The position numbers and the translations under genes are program-made. A model generated the notes under the pieces. That model saw only the letters and a program-made list of their open reading frames with translations, was not told where the DNA came from and searched no databases. Positions 28,584-42,864 of a stretch of DNA of 64,000 nt are shown one piece after another (within the stretch, counting starts at the first letter, position 1; each line of letters starts with the position of its first letter). This DNA is from Octopus vulgaris (Eukaryota), in the NCBI GenBank assembly GCA_951406725.2, contig OX597830.1, positions 35,898,001 to 35,962,000 of the forward strand. The letters are read 5' to 3'.

Positions 28584-28844
28584 TGAGTGCATATGACAAC
28601 TGCAACAACAACAGCGTTGACGACATCAGTAAGAACAAAACTCTACGCTCTTGTGGTTACTAGAGACATGTTTGATTTAGTTTGGTTTGGTTACCAAGGA
28701 GTTAACAAACTTTACATGAAACAGAAAAATTAGAAATTGTGCCATTTTTATCCAAGAAAAGTAAATACGTTTCTTCTCTTCTCCCAAGTTAAATGAACAA
28801 AACTTTCTTCATTTATTTATCAATTTACTGATTTATTTGTTTGT

Positions 28845-28887
<43 letters not shown>

Positions 28888-29234
28888 TTATGTCTGTGTC
28901 TGGAATGAGCCCAGATACGAAGAAACGGGAAAAAAGACATCTCTTTTTCCTTCTCTCTCCTTTTTTTTCTCTCTCTCTCTCTCTCTCTCTCTTTTCTCCT
29001 CGTTCTCTTTTTCACTCTCTCTGTCTCTTTCTCGCTCTCTCTCCTTTTTTTTCTCTCTTTCTTGATCTCTCTCTTGATCTCTCTTTGAAGTTCAGACTAG
29101 ATTAGATATGGCAGAAGTCCAGATTTTCTATGTGTAGACTTAACACTTGCCTAACTTACCGAACAAGTGAATTAAGTTTGACAAGTACTAATGGATAAGA
29201 GGCTACAAAAACCGGAATATGTACACACACACAT

Positions 29235-29277
<43 letters not shown>

Positions 29278-29569
29278 CATATACATACACATACACATAC
29301 ACATCTATGTCTATATATATAACGTTATATATGTGTGTGTGTATGGTTATAATGCATATAGGCGTGAGTTTGTGTATGTGTATGCTTATATGTAAATGCG
29401 ATTAGACAATCTAATTAGAGCTTTTGTGTGTCCCTCAATCTCTCTCACGTACCCCTTCACACTCTCTCTCTCTCTCTCTTTCTCCGTAAACAGTGAATAA
29501 ACATAAAAGAAAGGCACTTACATACAACATAAACACATACAAGCACAGGGACACCTATACACGTATATA

Positions 29570-29632
<63 letters not shown>

Positions 29633-31039
29633 GTACACACAGTCAAACGCATACTCACAGCTAGACATATCTATACACAAATATTTAGTTACATACACAC
29701 GTCTACCTAAACCTACACATGTGTCATTTCTCTGAATACTTATATAGAAATTAACATATAAAAAGCACACGATTAATGAATGCCGGCTCTTTCGAAGACA
29801 CGTTGTCTTACTTGCTCTTAAGGGCAGTAAAATACTTAAGATGACAAATTAGATACAAACAAATGAAATTTAAGTTTCTCATTATTAATACATTAAGAAT
29901 AATGTACAATTGAATTGAGCATCTCCACTATTCCTCAAATACAAGTTGAAATTATATATTATCGTCCTTTTTCATTATTTTTATTTATTAGTTCTCATTC
30001 TATTTGTTTGTTTTTATTTTTTTCTCTAATAAAGTTCAACTCGAGATGTCTACCAACGTGACAAACAGAATGTATTATTTTATATATTAGTTTATATAAT
30101 CTTTGGATTGTGACCATGCTGGGGCACTGACTTTAGAAGGTTTTGGTTTGGTTATGTACTCTTTGTCCGCGTTTATTTTGTCATATTTATTGGTTCTGCA
30201 AAGGATGGAAGATGAGGAGCTTGTGTAACTGACGAAAGCGAGCCGGAACGAATTACTACAAGCTTCTTTTGTTCAACGCACCGTTGGTGTCTTCCTATCT
30301 TGATACAAAATCGTTCGCAACATACAAGCGCACACATGTGTTTGTGTGCATGCGTGTGTGTAAAACCGTTTACACTATTTAGTTTGTATAGTATTTAATT
30401 CGCATTCAATATTTTATATATTTCGAGTAACATGTTCCTTTTCAAAGCGAAGATGGCGATTTTAGATTACATGTATAAGTTTTCGACTTTATATATTTGT
30501 TTTCATTTGGCAGAAAAAATAGCGGCGTAACGATTTAGTTGTGTCATTCAAATCCAAATTTTGAATTTTATCTATGAAAAAAAATTCAAATAATTACACA
30601 ACTATTTTTGACGAAAAATACGAGGCAAATTAGCAGGTTGTATATGAACAGCTAGGCACAGAGACTACTCAATTAGAAAAGGTACAGTGAAAATTGACTA
30701 GTCGGCCTTGTATTATTGTTAAAATCGCATTCACAAGACACGTATAACGTAGAAGAGGGCATTTTTCACCATTTAACCAACGGAGATTAAATGTTTTCTG
30801 AGACATCGTGGATACTTTATCTAACATGCCGCTCATTTCAGTCAGAATACATCCGAAAACTGCTTCATATCGTCTTTAGTCTTCATCTCATTTCATGATT
30901 TAACTGGAAATATTACAGGTAAGATAGATGTAATTTGTAGCGGCTTCCTTATTTTTACCGGTTCGTTAGGAAGCATGCATGTCATACATCCGGGCGCCTT
31001 ACTTTGCAAAGCTAATATATATATATATATATATATATA

Positions 31040-31945
31040 TAAGAGGAAAGACCACTAAGTTGATTCCTTGCATGCTGGAGTTAGACGTCAACTCGTCCTA
31101 CCACGAAAAATGTATTCTGAAATTAGCAGTTCTCAAATTATCCGTGGCTCCTCAGTGAAATCGCTGCCGACACATAATGATTGAATTAGATACCAATCGT
31201 CTCCGTGAGAGGTCTTGTGCGTATAGAGTTCCACTATTATACATCGCAATTCCGATTCAAATGTCTTCAACTAGCGCGCCAAGCCAGAGAAAAGACCGCA
31301 ATGAATTAACTGACTAGCGAACAAACATATTTAAAAATTAAATACTTAGGGTAGAAATTAACATTATCAAATAATACCAATTTAAACTGGTGGCCAGCCT
31401 TCGTAAAAAAACGTCCGAGGACTGCAAATTATATTTAAATATATCAATAAGAGGAAAGACTACTGAGTGGATTCCTTGTATGCTGAAGATAGACGCTAAA
31501 TCTTCCTACCACGAAAACGGTGTTCTCAAATTAGCAGTGCGCTAGATATTTGCGAGCAAGACAAAGAAAGAAATTTTTTTAAAAAAGCAGTTAATTCCAT
31601 ACCTCGAAATTTCGCCATAAATAATCAAGGAATTATCTGTGGCACCTCAGTAAAATCGCTGCCGACACATAATAACTGAACTTGATACAAATCGTCTACG
31701 TGAGAGGACATGTGCGTATAGAGTTCCACTATTATACACGGATAATTCCGTAATTATTTATGGCGAAACTTCGAGGTATGGAATTAACAGCTTTGACGTC
31801 TATTTTTAACATACAAGGATTCCACTTAGTGGTCTTTGCTCTTATTTATATATTTGAATATAATTTACAGTCCTCGGACGTTTTTACGAACGCTGGCCTC
31901 CGGTTAAAATTGGTATTATTTACTAATATAAATTTCTACTCGTAG
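31040..31945. repeat. Fold-back element: nested inverted repeats (31345-31500 with 31795-31945; 31586-31640 with 31737-31795) plus an upstream partial direct copy (31040-31250)
   Basis: For example AATAATACCAATTTAAACTGGTGGCCAGC..CGTCCGAGGACTG pairs with CAGTCCTCGGACG..GCTGGCCTCCGGTTAAAATTGGTATTATT; GTTAATTCCATACCTCGAA pairs with TTCGAGGTATGGAATTAAC. Flanked by (TA)n. Confidence 0.8.
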
Positions 31946-31961
31946 TAATTTTAAATACACT

Positions 31962-32070
<109 letters not shown>

Positions 32071-32092
32071 ATATATGAACAACATTGTGTAC

Positions 32093-32128
<36 letters not shown>

Positions 32129-32143
32129 ATACACGTATGTATG

Positions 32144-32217
<74 letters not shown>

Positions 32218-32302
32218 CACATACACACATACAAACACACACGCATATATATATATATACAGAGAGAGGGAGGGGGAGAGAGATATGTACGTATGTATAT
32301 GC

Positions 32303-32341
<39 letters not shown>

Positions 32342-32599
32342 GAGAGAGTGGGGAGAGATAATGAGTGAAATAAACAAATACAACTTTTTAGGTTACATAC
32401 ACATATATGTACACATGTGAAAAGAGAGAAACCGAAACATTTAAGTATACACATATAGATACGTGTATATTAAAAGACCGAACTTGCACAGAGTACAAAC
32501 ACACAGGAAATTACAGAGGTGAGTGTACGGCGTTACAAATCCGACAGCTGTCTCTGGAGGCTCAGATTTACTTCATACTGTTGCAGATGTAGTTCAGAA

Positions 32600-33115
32600 A
32601 AATATGCAACCAGCAATAACCAAAAGAATACCCTCCATCAGGCATTTGCCATATCCTGAACGCCTTACTTCCCTGGGCAAGGACACATTGAAACTGACTT
32701 GGCAGACACCCATAAAATTATTAACCATCTTACAAACAATAACTCTGAGCACCTTTTCAAACTCCACCCATCTAACACCCGTGGACATATTTACAAAGTC
32801 AGAAAACAGCACAGCTCCCATGACTTCAGGAAACATTTTTTCACGATGTGAGTTGCTGAAGCGTGGAACAAACTGCCGGCATCAGTTGTTAGTTGTCAGA
32901 GCACTGCATCCTTCAAAACTTCCATGCTTTCTGAGATTCGTCAACACTACACCTGATTTTCTCCCCTCCATACACACACAAGCATGTATCTGACTCATAC
33001 ATTGTTCGCTTTCCAAACATTTTTACATTACTGCATGTACTTTATATGCACTTGCTGACAAGTTGTGGTGCACCTGAGCACTGTATACAATAATTTCATT
33101 ATTATTATTATTATA
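32600..33115 (+). mobile_element. CR1-clade LINE 3' end with (ATT)n tail
   Basis: AITKRIPSIRHLPYPERLTSLG..HKIINHL..LFKLHPSNTRGHIYKVRKQHSSHDFRKHFFT..AWNKLPASVVSCQSTASFKT: the TRGH / RxxFF / WNxLP / SFK motif series typical of CR1 ORF2 C-termini. Confidence 0.85.
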
Positions 33116-34089
33116 AACATTGGGTATATGCGACCTCCGCCATCAGTGTGGAGCTGTAAATGTATATATATAGGGGTGTGTTGAAAAATTAGCAAAAGCC
33201 ATTGGTCGCATGGTGATGGAAAGACTAAATTCTTTATGAAAAAGAACAGAATGTAAGAGTCATAGACTAGAATACGTATTCCACGTAAATTGGTTCTGTT
33301 TATATACTTATCGCGGCATGGTATATAATGTGAAGGGCATTTCTCTGCTCCTTTTAGCAACTGAAAATACCATATTAAGGTTCCATCCTCTATCCAGTTA
33401 AAGTGTTCTGCCAACGTTGGCGTCGAATTTCGAACCATTAATCTCTCAGCTTATAATTTGACGTTGTATCACCAAGGTTAACCATAGCGAAGTGCAAAAT
33501 TCGTTAAAACAAGTCTTCATTAATATTTCGGCGCCGATATCAGAAAGCTAATTATGAAAAATGCAATTTGAAGATTTTTTATAAAGAACATTGTCATTTG
33601 ATCACCAAGAGACCAATTTGTTTCTGCTAATTCTTCAATTTACTCCACTTTTTTTTAATATATTTTTCTTGTCTGTTCATTAATGTAGTTGTTCCTGCTA
33701 TTGTTGTTGTTCTTCATGTTTCTTATATTAATTCTAACAGATGTTTCGATAACACAGCACAAATTGACGTCAGGTGCTGTTACTTTGGTAATTGATATTA
33801 AATATTTCAAATTAATTTTTTTCAAACGACTACTTGAAGACTTAAGAATGGAAACAGAGTCACGGAAAAACACACACATACACACATGCACACATGCACA
33901 CCACAAACACTAGTGCACATACATACACAAATATCACTATGCGGTTTGGAGTATGCGTAAAAATGCACGCGCACACACTCTCACACACACATACACATAT
34001 ATAAAGACAGACTCAAATACCTATACATTCAAATATGTATTTAGATATAAAGTTATATGCACATATACACACTTATATATGAATGTATG

Positions 34090-34158
<69 letters not shown>

Positions 34159-34404
34159 GCATATAAATATACGGGGGTTATATGTGCATGTATGCAAATA
34201 GGTAGGTAGGTAGATAGATAGGTAGGTATGTGTGTAGATATTTATATATATATATCCATATATATATATATATATCTATATACAGACATATATATATATA
34301 TACATATACATATATATGTGTGTATGTATGTATATATATGTATATGTATATATATATGTCTATACATACACACATACACACTCACACACACACATACACA
34401 CACA

Positions 34405-34454
<50 letters not shown>

Positions 34455-35013
34455 ATTAGAAAAGTGTATGCGTGTGCGTGCGTCAGTGTGTCTCAGTATC
34501 TGCTTGTATACAGACATATTTATTTGTAACGATCTATGTATGTGTTCATTCTTTTAGCTGTTAAAGTCATAGGGCTGCGGCCAAGCTGGAGTATAATCAT
34601 AAAAATATACTCAAGCACATCAATTCTGTAATTATTTTAAGTGACTTTCGTATTCTATCACTTTTGTTTCTTTCTAACCACTGAGTTAGAGGAACGGGAT
34701 CAAACCATCTCGGATTGTCAAGCGAGGCGGGCAAGAACAAACACATACTCACACTCGTATACACACATATACACGCACACACTCGCGTGCACATCTTCAT
34801 ACTTACATGCACTATAGGTAGATAGGTAGAGAGATAAAGACAGACAGACAGACAAACAGACAAAGGGAGAGAGGGATAGATAGATATGTTTCTTTATTAG
34901 CCACACAGGGCTGCACACAGACAGGACAAAATTACAAGGTAGAGCTTTTCTTTTGGGGGTAAAAGAAGGGGGTTTGGTTTTCGATCAAAAGGGATCGTAA
35001 ATGGAAAGATAGG

Positions 35014-35080
<67 letters not shown>

Positions 35081-35211
35081 CCTACATATATGCTAACTTA
35101 GAAGGATAGATAGAGAGAGTGAGAGAGAGAGATAGACCGACAGGCAGATAGACAGACTGACAGGCATACTGGCAGACAGAAACAGAGACTGTCTGACAGG
35201 TAGGTAGGTAT

Positions 35212-35305
<94 letters not shown>

Positions 35306-35520
35306 TGATGGATTGATGGACAGATACATACATACATACATACATACATACATACATACATACATACATACATACATACATACATGCAATCATAGAAGCG
35401 AAAGCGAGACCGACAGACAGACAGACAGATAGACAGACTAACAGGCATAAAGGCAGATAGAAAAACAGACTGACAGACAAACAGAGAGACAGGTAGGTAG
35501 GTATACAGATAGATATATAG

Positions 35521-35990
35521 ACACAGAGGGAACAAACAAGGACAGACCAACAGATTAAGTCGATATAATCGACTTAATCCGTTTGTCTGTCCTTGTTTGT
35601 TCCCTCTGTGTTTAGCCCCTTGTGGTTAGTAAAGAAATAGGTATTTCGTCTGCGGCTACATTCTGAGTTCAAATTCCGCCGAGGTCAACTTTGCCTTTCA
35701 TCCTTTCGGGGTCGATTAATTAAGTACCAGTAACGCACTGGGGTCGATATAATCGACTTAATCCGTTTGTCTGTCCTTGTTTGTCCCCTCTGTGAGTAGC
35801 CCCTTGTGGGCAGTAAAGAAATAGGTATTTCATCTGTCTTTACGTTCTGAGTTCAAATACTACCAAGGTCAACTTTGCCTTTTATCCTTTCGGTGTCGAT
35901 AAATTAAGTAACAGTTGCGTACCGGAGTCGATCTAATCGACTTTCCCCCCTCCTCCAAAATTTCAGGCCTTGTGCCTAGTGTAGAAAAAG
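35521..35990 (+). mobile_element. Family A SINE multimer (partial tail-1, tail-1 unit, tail-2 unit) with a fold-back 5' end
   Basis: Junctions AAAGAAATA|GGTATTTC at ~35640 and ~35824; 44-bp inverted arms 35521-35564 and 35568-35611. Confidence 0.85.
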
Positions 35991-36240
35991 GATATTTATT
36001 TGTATAACAGCAATACATTCAATGGTCTCGGCTCCATAGAAAGAAAAAGGTAAGACTATAATGTTAAACCAAATGACGGAATAAATGTACCGACGTAAGA
36101 ATATCAGTACGTGGACGAAACCACGATGCGCTTTCATATTGCCATTCTATCAAACTTCGCTCACAATCCTTCACTCAACCTCAGCTTGTGACATAAAACG
36201 CTTTCTAACAGTTCCGTTCAGTGGGATTGAGCCCTAAATC

Positions 36241-36840
36241 GCGTAATATTTGCTAAGCGAAATTCTAAATCACACAGGCATATCTACGACCACCTAAACG
36301 CTCGAGGACCAGATTTATATGCAGAAATGTAGAGCAAGTCAATGTATCTCAGTAAAATACTGATACATATGTTATTTGACTAAGGCATATGAAATGTTAA
36401 ATCAGTCATCGTCGCATGTACAGGTAGGAATTAAATAAATATAATTACCAGAGGACATTTTTCCCGTTGCTCCACTGATTCTATATTCACTGGTCTTTCC
36501 TTTGGGTGGATGTATTGAAAACTATTTCGCGTAACATTTGCTAAGCGAACTTCTAAATCACACAGGCCTAACCTTAACCCTAACCCTAACCCTAACCCTA
36601 ACCCTAACCCTAACCCTACGATCACCTAAAGGCTCAAGGCCAAGATTTATTCGCAGAAATGTAGAGCGATTCAATGTATCTAAGTAAAATGCTGATACAA
36701 ATGTTATTTGACTAAGATCAGTCCTCTTTGAATATACAGGTAGGACGTAAATAAATATAATTACCAGAAAACATCTTGTCCGTTGCTCCACTGATTCGAT
36801 GTTCCCTGCTCTTTCCTTTAGGTGGATGTATTTTCAACTT
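36241..36840. repeat. Diverged ~290-bp tandem duplication (36241-36528 and 36529-36840)
   Basis: Both copies begin GCGTAA(T/C)ATTTGCTAAGCGAA and share GCAGAAATGTAGAGC, TGTTATTTGACTAAG, AAATAAATATAATTACCAGA, CCGTTGCTCCACTGATTC, GGTGGATGTATT. Confidence 0.9.
36567..36618 (-). repeat. Interstitial telomeric tract (TTAGGG)n, about 8 units
   Basis: CCTAA CCTTAA (CCCTAA)6 CCCTA on the plus strand. Confidence 0.9.
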
Positions 36841-37223
36841 CGGTGTTTCAAAACCAGTTATGTCTTCCTTTTGGCTTTTAGTTATATTTACTTTATGGAG
36901 GTTTTCAAGTATACTTATTTTATTTTATTTTATCGTTTATTTTGCAAAGTAATAATGGTGGACGTTGTCAACTTGAACAGGATTTGAACTCAGAACGTAA
37001 AGGAATGACGTAACAAAAATTCCACAGAGAACTTTATCCGAAAAGGCCTGACCGATTCAACAATCCACTACCTTCCTATGTTCAATTATATCTGAAAACA
37101 TTATGGTAGCGGGGGAGGTGGTAGTGATTGTGAGAGGAGAATATGTAATTGAGTGAGAAAATGAAATTATGGAAGTGAAAAGTGAAAAGAAAGAGAAAAT
37201 GGTTAGGAAGAAGAAGGAGAAAG

Positions 37224-37261
<38 letters not shown>

Positions 37262-37596
37262 TGTAGGGGTGAAGAATTTACGACTGTATAAGTTGGATAT
37301 ATTTATAAATAACACAGGATTCTCTCTCATCTATGTCTCATAGAGACGGACCGATAATATTGCTTGCTTATGTGTGGTTTTTTTTTTCTTCTCTTTATTA
37401 TTATCTTCCCTTGAGCGTCACCTTTTGTGTTCCCAAAGCATAAATCAGACCACGACATGAATTAACATTCAGCGTTGGGCATAGTTTGTGAGATGGTCGG
37501 ATGAAGTTTTGCCCAGGTTTTCGCAACCCTTTTGAACCCTAAAATCGTCAGTCTTTTCCAAGACAAGACAGTACGAAAACACACACACACACGCAC

Positions 37597-37631
<35 letters not shown>

Positions 37632-37844
37632 CATACACACACACACACACAAAGATAAAGGGAGTGTAAAAGAGAGAGAAAAAGAGGCGGAGGTTGGAAA
37701 TGGTAGAAAGAGAGAAGGAATAGAATTAAAAGACTGGTTAGGTCATCTTGAATGATACGCGCCAAACATCTTGGTAATAGCTCAAATTGTGTATATATGT
37801 GTATGTATATACGTATATATATATATATGTATACACACACACAT

Positions 37845-37875
<31 letters not shown>

Positions 37876-38217
37876 CACGTATCCTCGTACACACATACAT
37901 ATATCAGTTTCAATGATATTGAGGAATGTATGCAAATATAATTGAATGATTGCATGTAAAATATATGTGTGTATGTGTGTGTGTACATACACACATACAT
38001 ATATATACACACAAACATAGATCAATATAAGAATGCATACATACACACATGTGTCTATAATACATATGCGTATGCATATATACACATGTGTGTATACATA
38101 TATATATAGGGGCTGTATGTGTGTGTGTGTGTGTGTGTGAGCGTGCACATGAACAACAAATTCTTAATACGTGCACGTGTAAATACGTAGGTTCAAATAA
38201 AATATCACATACTTTGA

Positions 38218-38256
<39 letters not shown>

Positions 38257-38276
38257 ACTATATATATATATATACA

Positions 38277-38340
<64 letters not shown>

Positions 38341-38404
38341 AGTGGGGTGCGTCTATGTGTGTGCATGCATATATTTATATATATATTCATAAATATATGC
38401 AGGT

Positions 38405-38440
<36 letters not shown>

Positions 38441-38441
38441 G

Positions 38442-38496
<55 letters not shown>

Positions 38497-39044
38497 GTAG
38501 ATAGATAGATAGACAGACAGACTCAACGACCGACATGGAGACAGGAAGACCTGCCAGCCATTTTGAACAAGAGGACGAATAAATACACAGAGAGAATGAA
38601 TAGACATGCGCACACATCTAAATATATAACGTTAAGCACAGCAACCACTTTTGGCGGTGGAGTTAATAACTGAAGATTATAATGGTCAGCTATGCAGAAG
38701 CATTATGTCCGAAAGAGACGGATGTGGCTAAAAATTGCAAAATCTTCTTGCCCAGCTTGCGTTATTGGCGCATTTATTATAATCGATTTTCAAAGATTCA
38801 CCGACCACGTAAAATCTAGCGAACAATCATTGAAAAATACCAGCCAGCTTTGCCTTTGAGGTCCAGCAAAGGTTTTTACTCGTGTCAAAAATCAAAAGCT
38901 ATACTGACATTAACTAATGGCAAGAACATCGAGAACGTATTTTCCACAATCTCCTTTATATCTTACCTTATGACAAGCATCTTAAATTGCTTTTTTTTTT
39001 TTTTTTTGAAAGACATGACACGACATACATACGTACACACAGAG

Positions 39045-39077
<33 letters not shown>

Positions 39078-39115
39078 TATATATATATATATGTACATAT
39101 ATATATATTTATATA

Positions 39116-39179
<64 letters not shown>

Positions 39180-39323
39180 TATACATATATATATATATAT
39201 GTACATACATACATACATAATTACATACGCATATGTATGAGGAGATAATTACACTTATATACGCACACACGTACGCACAAAACTATATATATATATATAC
39301 ATACATACATACATACATACATA

Positions 39324-39354
<31 letters not shown>

Positions 39355-40028
39355 ATGTATGTATGTATGTATGTATGTATGTATATGTGCAGGCTTGTAG
39401 GTTTGTATGCTAATACCTATTAGCAAACGTTGATCCAGAATATATACGTAACGATATACTAATATGTGTGAGAGTGTGTATATGCGTGCGCACGTTTGAG
39501 TGTTGTCGTTGTAGTTGTTATCGTTGTTGTTGTAGTTGTGTGTGTGCTTGAGGAAAGAGAAATACTTTTGGCGTCGATCTAAATATATATGTAATCATGT
39601 GACCGGAACCTGCGACATAGCAGTAAGAAGGGGAAAAAATATCAAATAAAAACAGTGACATATCAATTTACGTTAGCGTCGATGACAAGATGAAGGCGGA
39701 AATAGTTTGATGTGTGGTATATGTTGCTGAACTAAGGATATTTACATCGGAAAACAACGTAGATGTCAAAAACTACAATATTACATACGGACGGTCAATA
39801 TCTCGCTAGTTTAAAGGTCGGAGGGTTGGCAGAAGTGTTATGTTGTATTTCGTTAAGTCCATTGGCGTTTTGAGTTCAAATCCCACAGAGCGTAATTCTT
39901 GCATTTCATTCACTTGTGATTCGATAAAATTAGTATCTGTTGAGTGTCATTTTGATGTATTTGACTATTGTGATTGCCTAAATTTGAGGACGTACCGGTA
40001 GGTTAGAAATCTAAATTCTCATCATATA

Positions 40029-40268
40029 TGGGGTGTTCAAAAAGTCTCTCCGTAATGAATTTTTTCATCTTTTTATCTTGCACAACACCATGGCAATACT
40101 TGAAGAGTTTTTCAGTGAACGGATTATTTCGAAGGGACGTTGGCCACCAAGTTCGCCTGATTTTCTCTTTTTTTTTTTTTTTTTTTTGTTCTGCGGCGCA
40201 AGTAAAGGATTAGTGTACAAGAATCGCCCGAGAACCATATTTACTGCGGAGAGACTTTTTGAACACCG
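40029..40268 (+). mobile_element. Internally deleted Tc1/mariner element (240 bp) with TIRs, TA TSD and transposase remnant
   Basis: TA|TGGGGTGTTCAAAAAGTCTCTCCGTAATGAA ... TTTACTGCGGAGAGACTTTTTGAACACCG|TA; interior translates HNTMAILEEFFSERIISKGRWPPSSPDF..KGLVYKNRPRTI (WPPxSPDL motif). Confidence 0.85.
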
Positions 40269-40273
40269 TATAG

Positions 40274-40493
40274 AAGCGGCGAGCTGGCACAACCGTTAGC
40301 ACGCCGGGCGAAATGCGTAGCCGTATTTCGTCTGCCGTTACGTTCTGAGTTCAAATTCCACCGAGGTCGACTTTGCCTTTCATCCTTTCGGGGTGTACCA
40401 GTTACGCACTGTGGTCGATGTAATCGACTTAATTCGTTTGTCTGTCCTTGTTTGTCCCCTCTATGTTTAGCCCCTTGTGGGTAATAAAGAAAC
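40274..40493 (+). mobile_element. Family A SINE monomer (tail-1)
   Basis: gcggcgagctggcacaaccgttagcacgccgggcg..gagttcaaattcc..tctgtccttgtttgtcccctctatgtttagccccttgtgggtaataaagaaa. Confidence 0.85.
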
Positions 40494-41015
40494 AAAAAAA
40501 ATAGATTTGAAGGATTAGCATTTTAGTGGAGAAAATGGCAGACCGACCAGAACTTGTAGAGGACTGAAGAGAATTCTTAGTGTAATTTCTTAGTTTTAGC
40601 AACACGATTGACAGCTTGGTTGCAGTGGATTGGCAGAAACGGTAGAGAGACGGACAAGCTACCATGCGGTACTTGATAATGCCACTTTACCACGTGATTT
40701 CAAATCCTGCCGAAACTAAATTTGCCTTTCGTCCTACCTAACGCTCGATAAAATTACAACAGCTAATGTACCAATATCGAAGCGACAACCAGGCTACCTT
40801 CACATATTCTTTTATTCTTTTATTTGTTTCAGTCATTTGACTTTGGCCATGGTGGAGCACCGCCTTTATTAGAAGAAGACGACTGCAGGACTTATTTTTT
40901 TGTAAGCTTAGTACTTATTTTGTCTCATTTTTGCCGATCTGCTAAACATACTAACACCGGTTGCCAAGCGATAGAGGTGAGGACAAGCACAGACATACAC
41001 ACACACACACACACG

Positions 41016-41082
<67 letters not shown>

Positions 41083-41096
41083 ATTTTATTGTTTTG

Positions 41097-41700
41097 TCAA
41101 CGCCTGTTTTCAAACTGACATCCGTTCTGGTCCAGGAACTGCTGACAACGCGAAGCAATGGAATCGTAAACATCACGAAACAATTCGTTTGGTACTTGTG
41201 TGCATTTTCGTTCAGTGGCTGCTCTCAAATCAGCGACTGTTGCAGTTTTCATAGCGTAGACTCTCCATAAAAAAAAGTTCAGTGACGTGAGGTCTGGTGA
41301 ACGCAGAGAATATTCAACAAAACCCCTTCGTTCAATCCACCTGTTTGGCAAGATCTCCTCAAGGAAAGATCTAACATCGCGATGTTAGTTTGGGGGTACC
41401 CAATCTTGCTGAAAATATAACTCATCATCTTCAAAGTCTTCTCTAATTCTTCTAAGTCTTCTCTAATACTTGGCATGACAGTCTTTTACAGCAAGTAAAC
41501 GTGACCAGTCACAGTAGCGTCAAAAAAGAATGGCCCAAATTAATCCTCTTGATGATAAGCCACACCACACTGTAACTCTTGGTAAATTAACATGGTGTTC
41601 CACCATAACATGCGGATTGTCAGCTCCCCAGTAAGTGCGATTGTGGCGGTTAATTGAACCATTTAATTTGAATGTTGTCTCATCACTCCACACAATCTGC
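41097..41700 (-). pseudogene. Tc1/mariner-superfamily (DD37D/DD41D-like) transposase catalytic-domain relic
   Basis: [54 protein letters not shown] and PNRWIERRGFVEYSLRSPDLTSLNFFLW..DLRAATERKC..RCQQFLDQNGCQFE; frameshifted and interrupted upstream by (CTT)n. Confidence 0.85.
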
Positions 41701-42051
41701 TCCTTCTTCTTCTTCTTCTTCTTCTTCTTCTTCTTCTTCTTCTTCTTCTTCTTCTTCTTCTTCTTCTTCTTCTCCTCCTTCCCTACCAAGAATTCACAAC
41801 GACCTCGAACCCACAAGAGCAAACAAGAGAGACAGAGACAGGCAGAAACAAGGAAAATGCCCCTTGTATTTGAATACTATACAAAACTTTTCTTTTAATT
41901 TTTCCAAAATTTAATTGTTTTCCATACTTACTGTTGAAAAAGTCTCAATGACTGAAACCGGCACTGAAATGTTTTTTATAAAATTATTTTAGCATTTTCT
42001 ACCTTGACTTTTTTCCATATATATATCAACTCGTGTGTTCCTTTTAAACCT

Positions 42052-42149
<98 letters not shown>

Positions 42150-42864
42150 AATACATAATGAAATCGTACACATCGATACATGCATGGCTGCCTAGTCTAT
42201 GCCTAAATCCAGTAAAAATACCTCTTAGACGTATTTAAATAAAACCAGGAGAACATACCGATGAGTGATGCGCATTTGTGTATCTGGTACTGTAGATGTC
42301 TTTCATATAGTGGTATACACGTGTAGGTCGCTGTACAATTGTGTACATCTAATTGTGTTTGTGAGTACGTACATATCTGTATATAATAATGTAATCTCTG
42401 AGTGTGCGTGATTAGCCACCTACAAGTGTGTTCCGTGCAATATCTAGCATATACGCATACGTTTCTTCGTTTCTGTATCTGTGTGCGCGTGTGGTTAGGG
42501 ATGACTGCCAATCAATGCTTAGTCGCTATTTACTTAAAATAATCGCATGAAAAGTAGCAGTTAAACTAGTGTTATCAATATTACTGCGAGGAGCATAAAA
42601 AGTGAATTGGAGATAACCATACGATAATGTGTAAAATGGGACTGAGAGATGTATACATTAAATTATCTTAACATTAGCTTAACTATAGTCTTCTTTGCAG
42701 ATGGCTCTTCTGAGCAAGTTATTCTCAAAACAGTATTAGTTTTCTCGGTCAATCACTTTAAATGTTCATAAATCTCCATGGTGGGTTGCAAGGTTTAATA
42801 ATTCATAAACAGGTTCGAAGTTGTCTCCCTTGTGGAAATAATTCAAATAATACAAGTGATGGAG

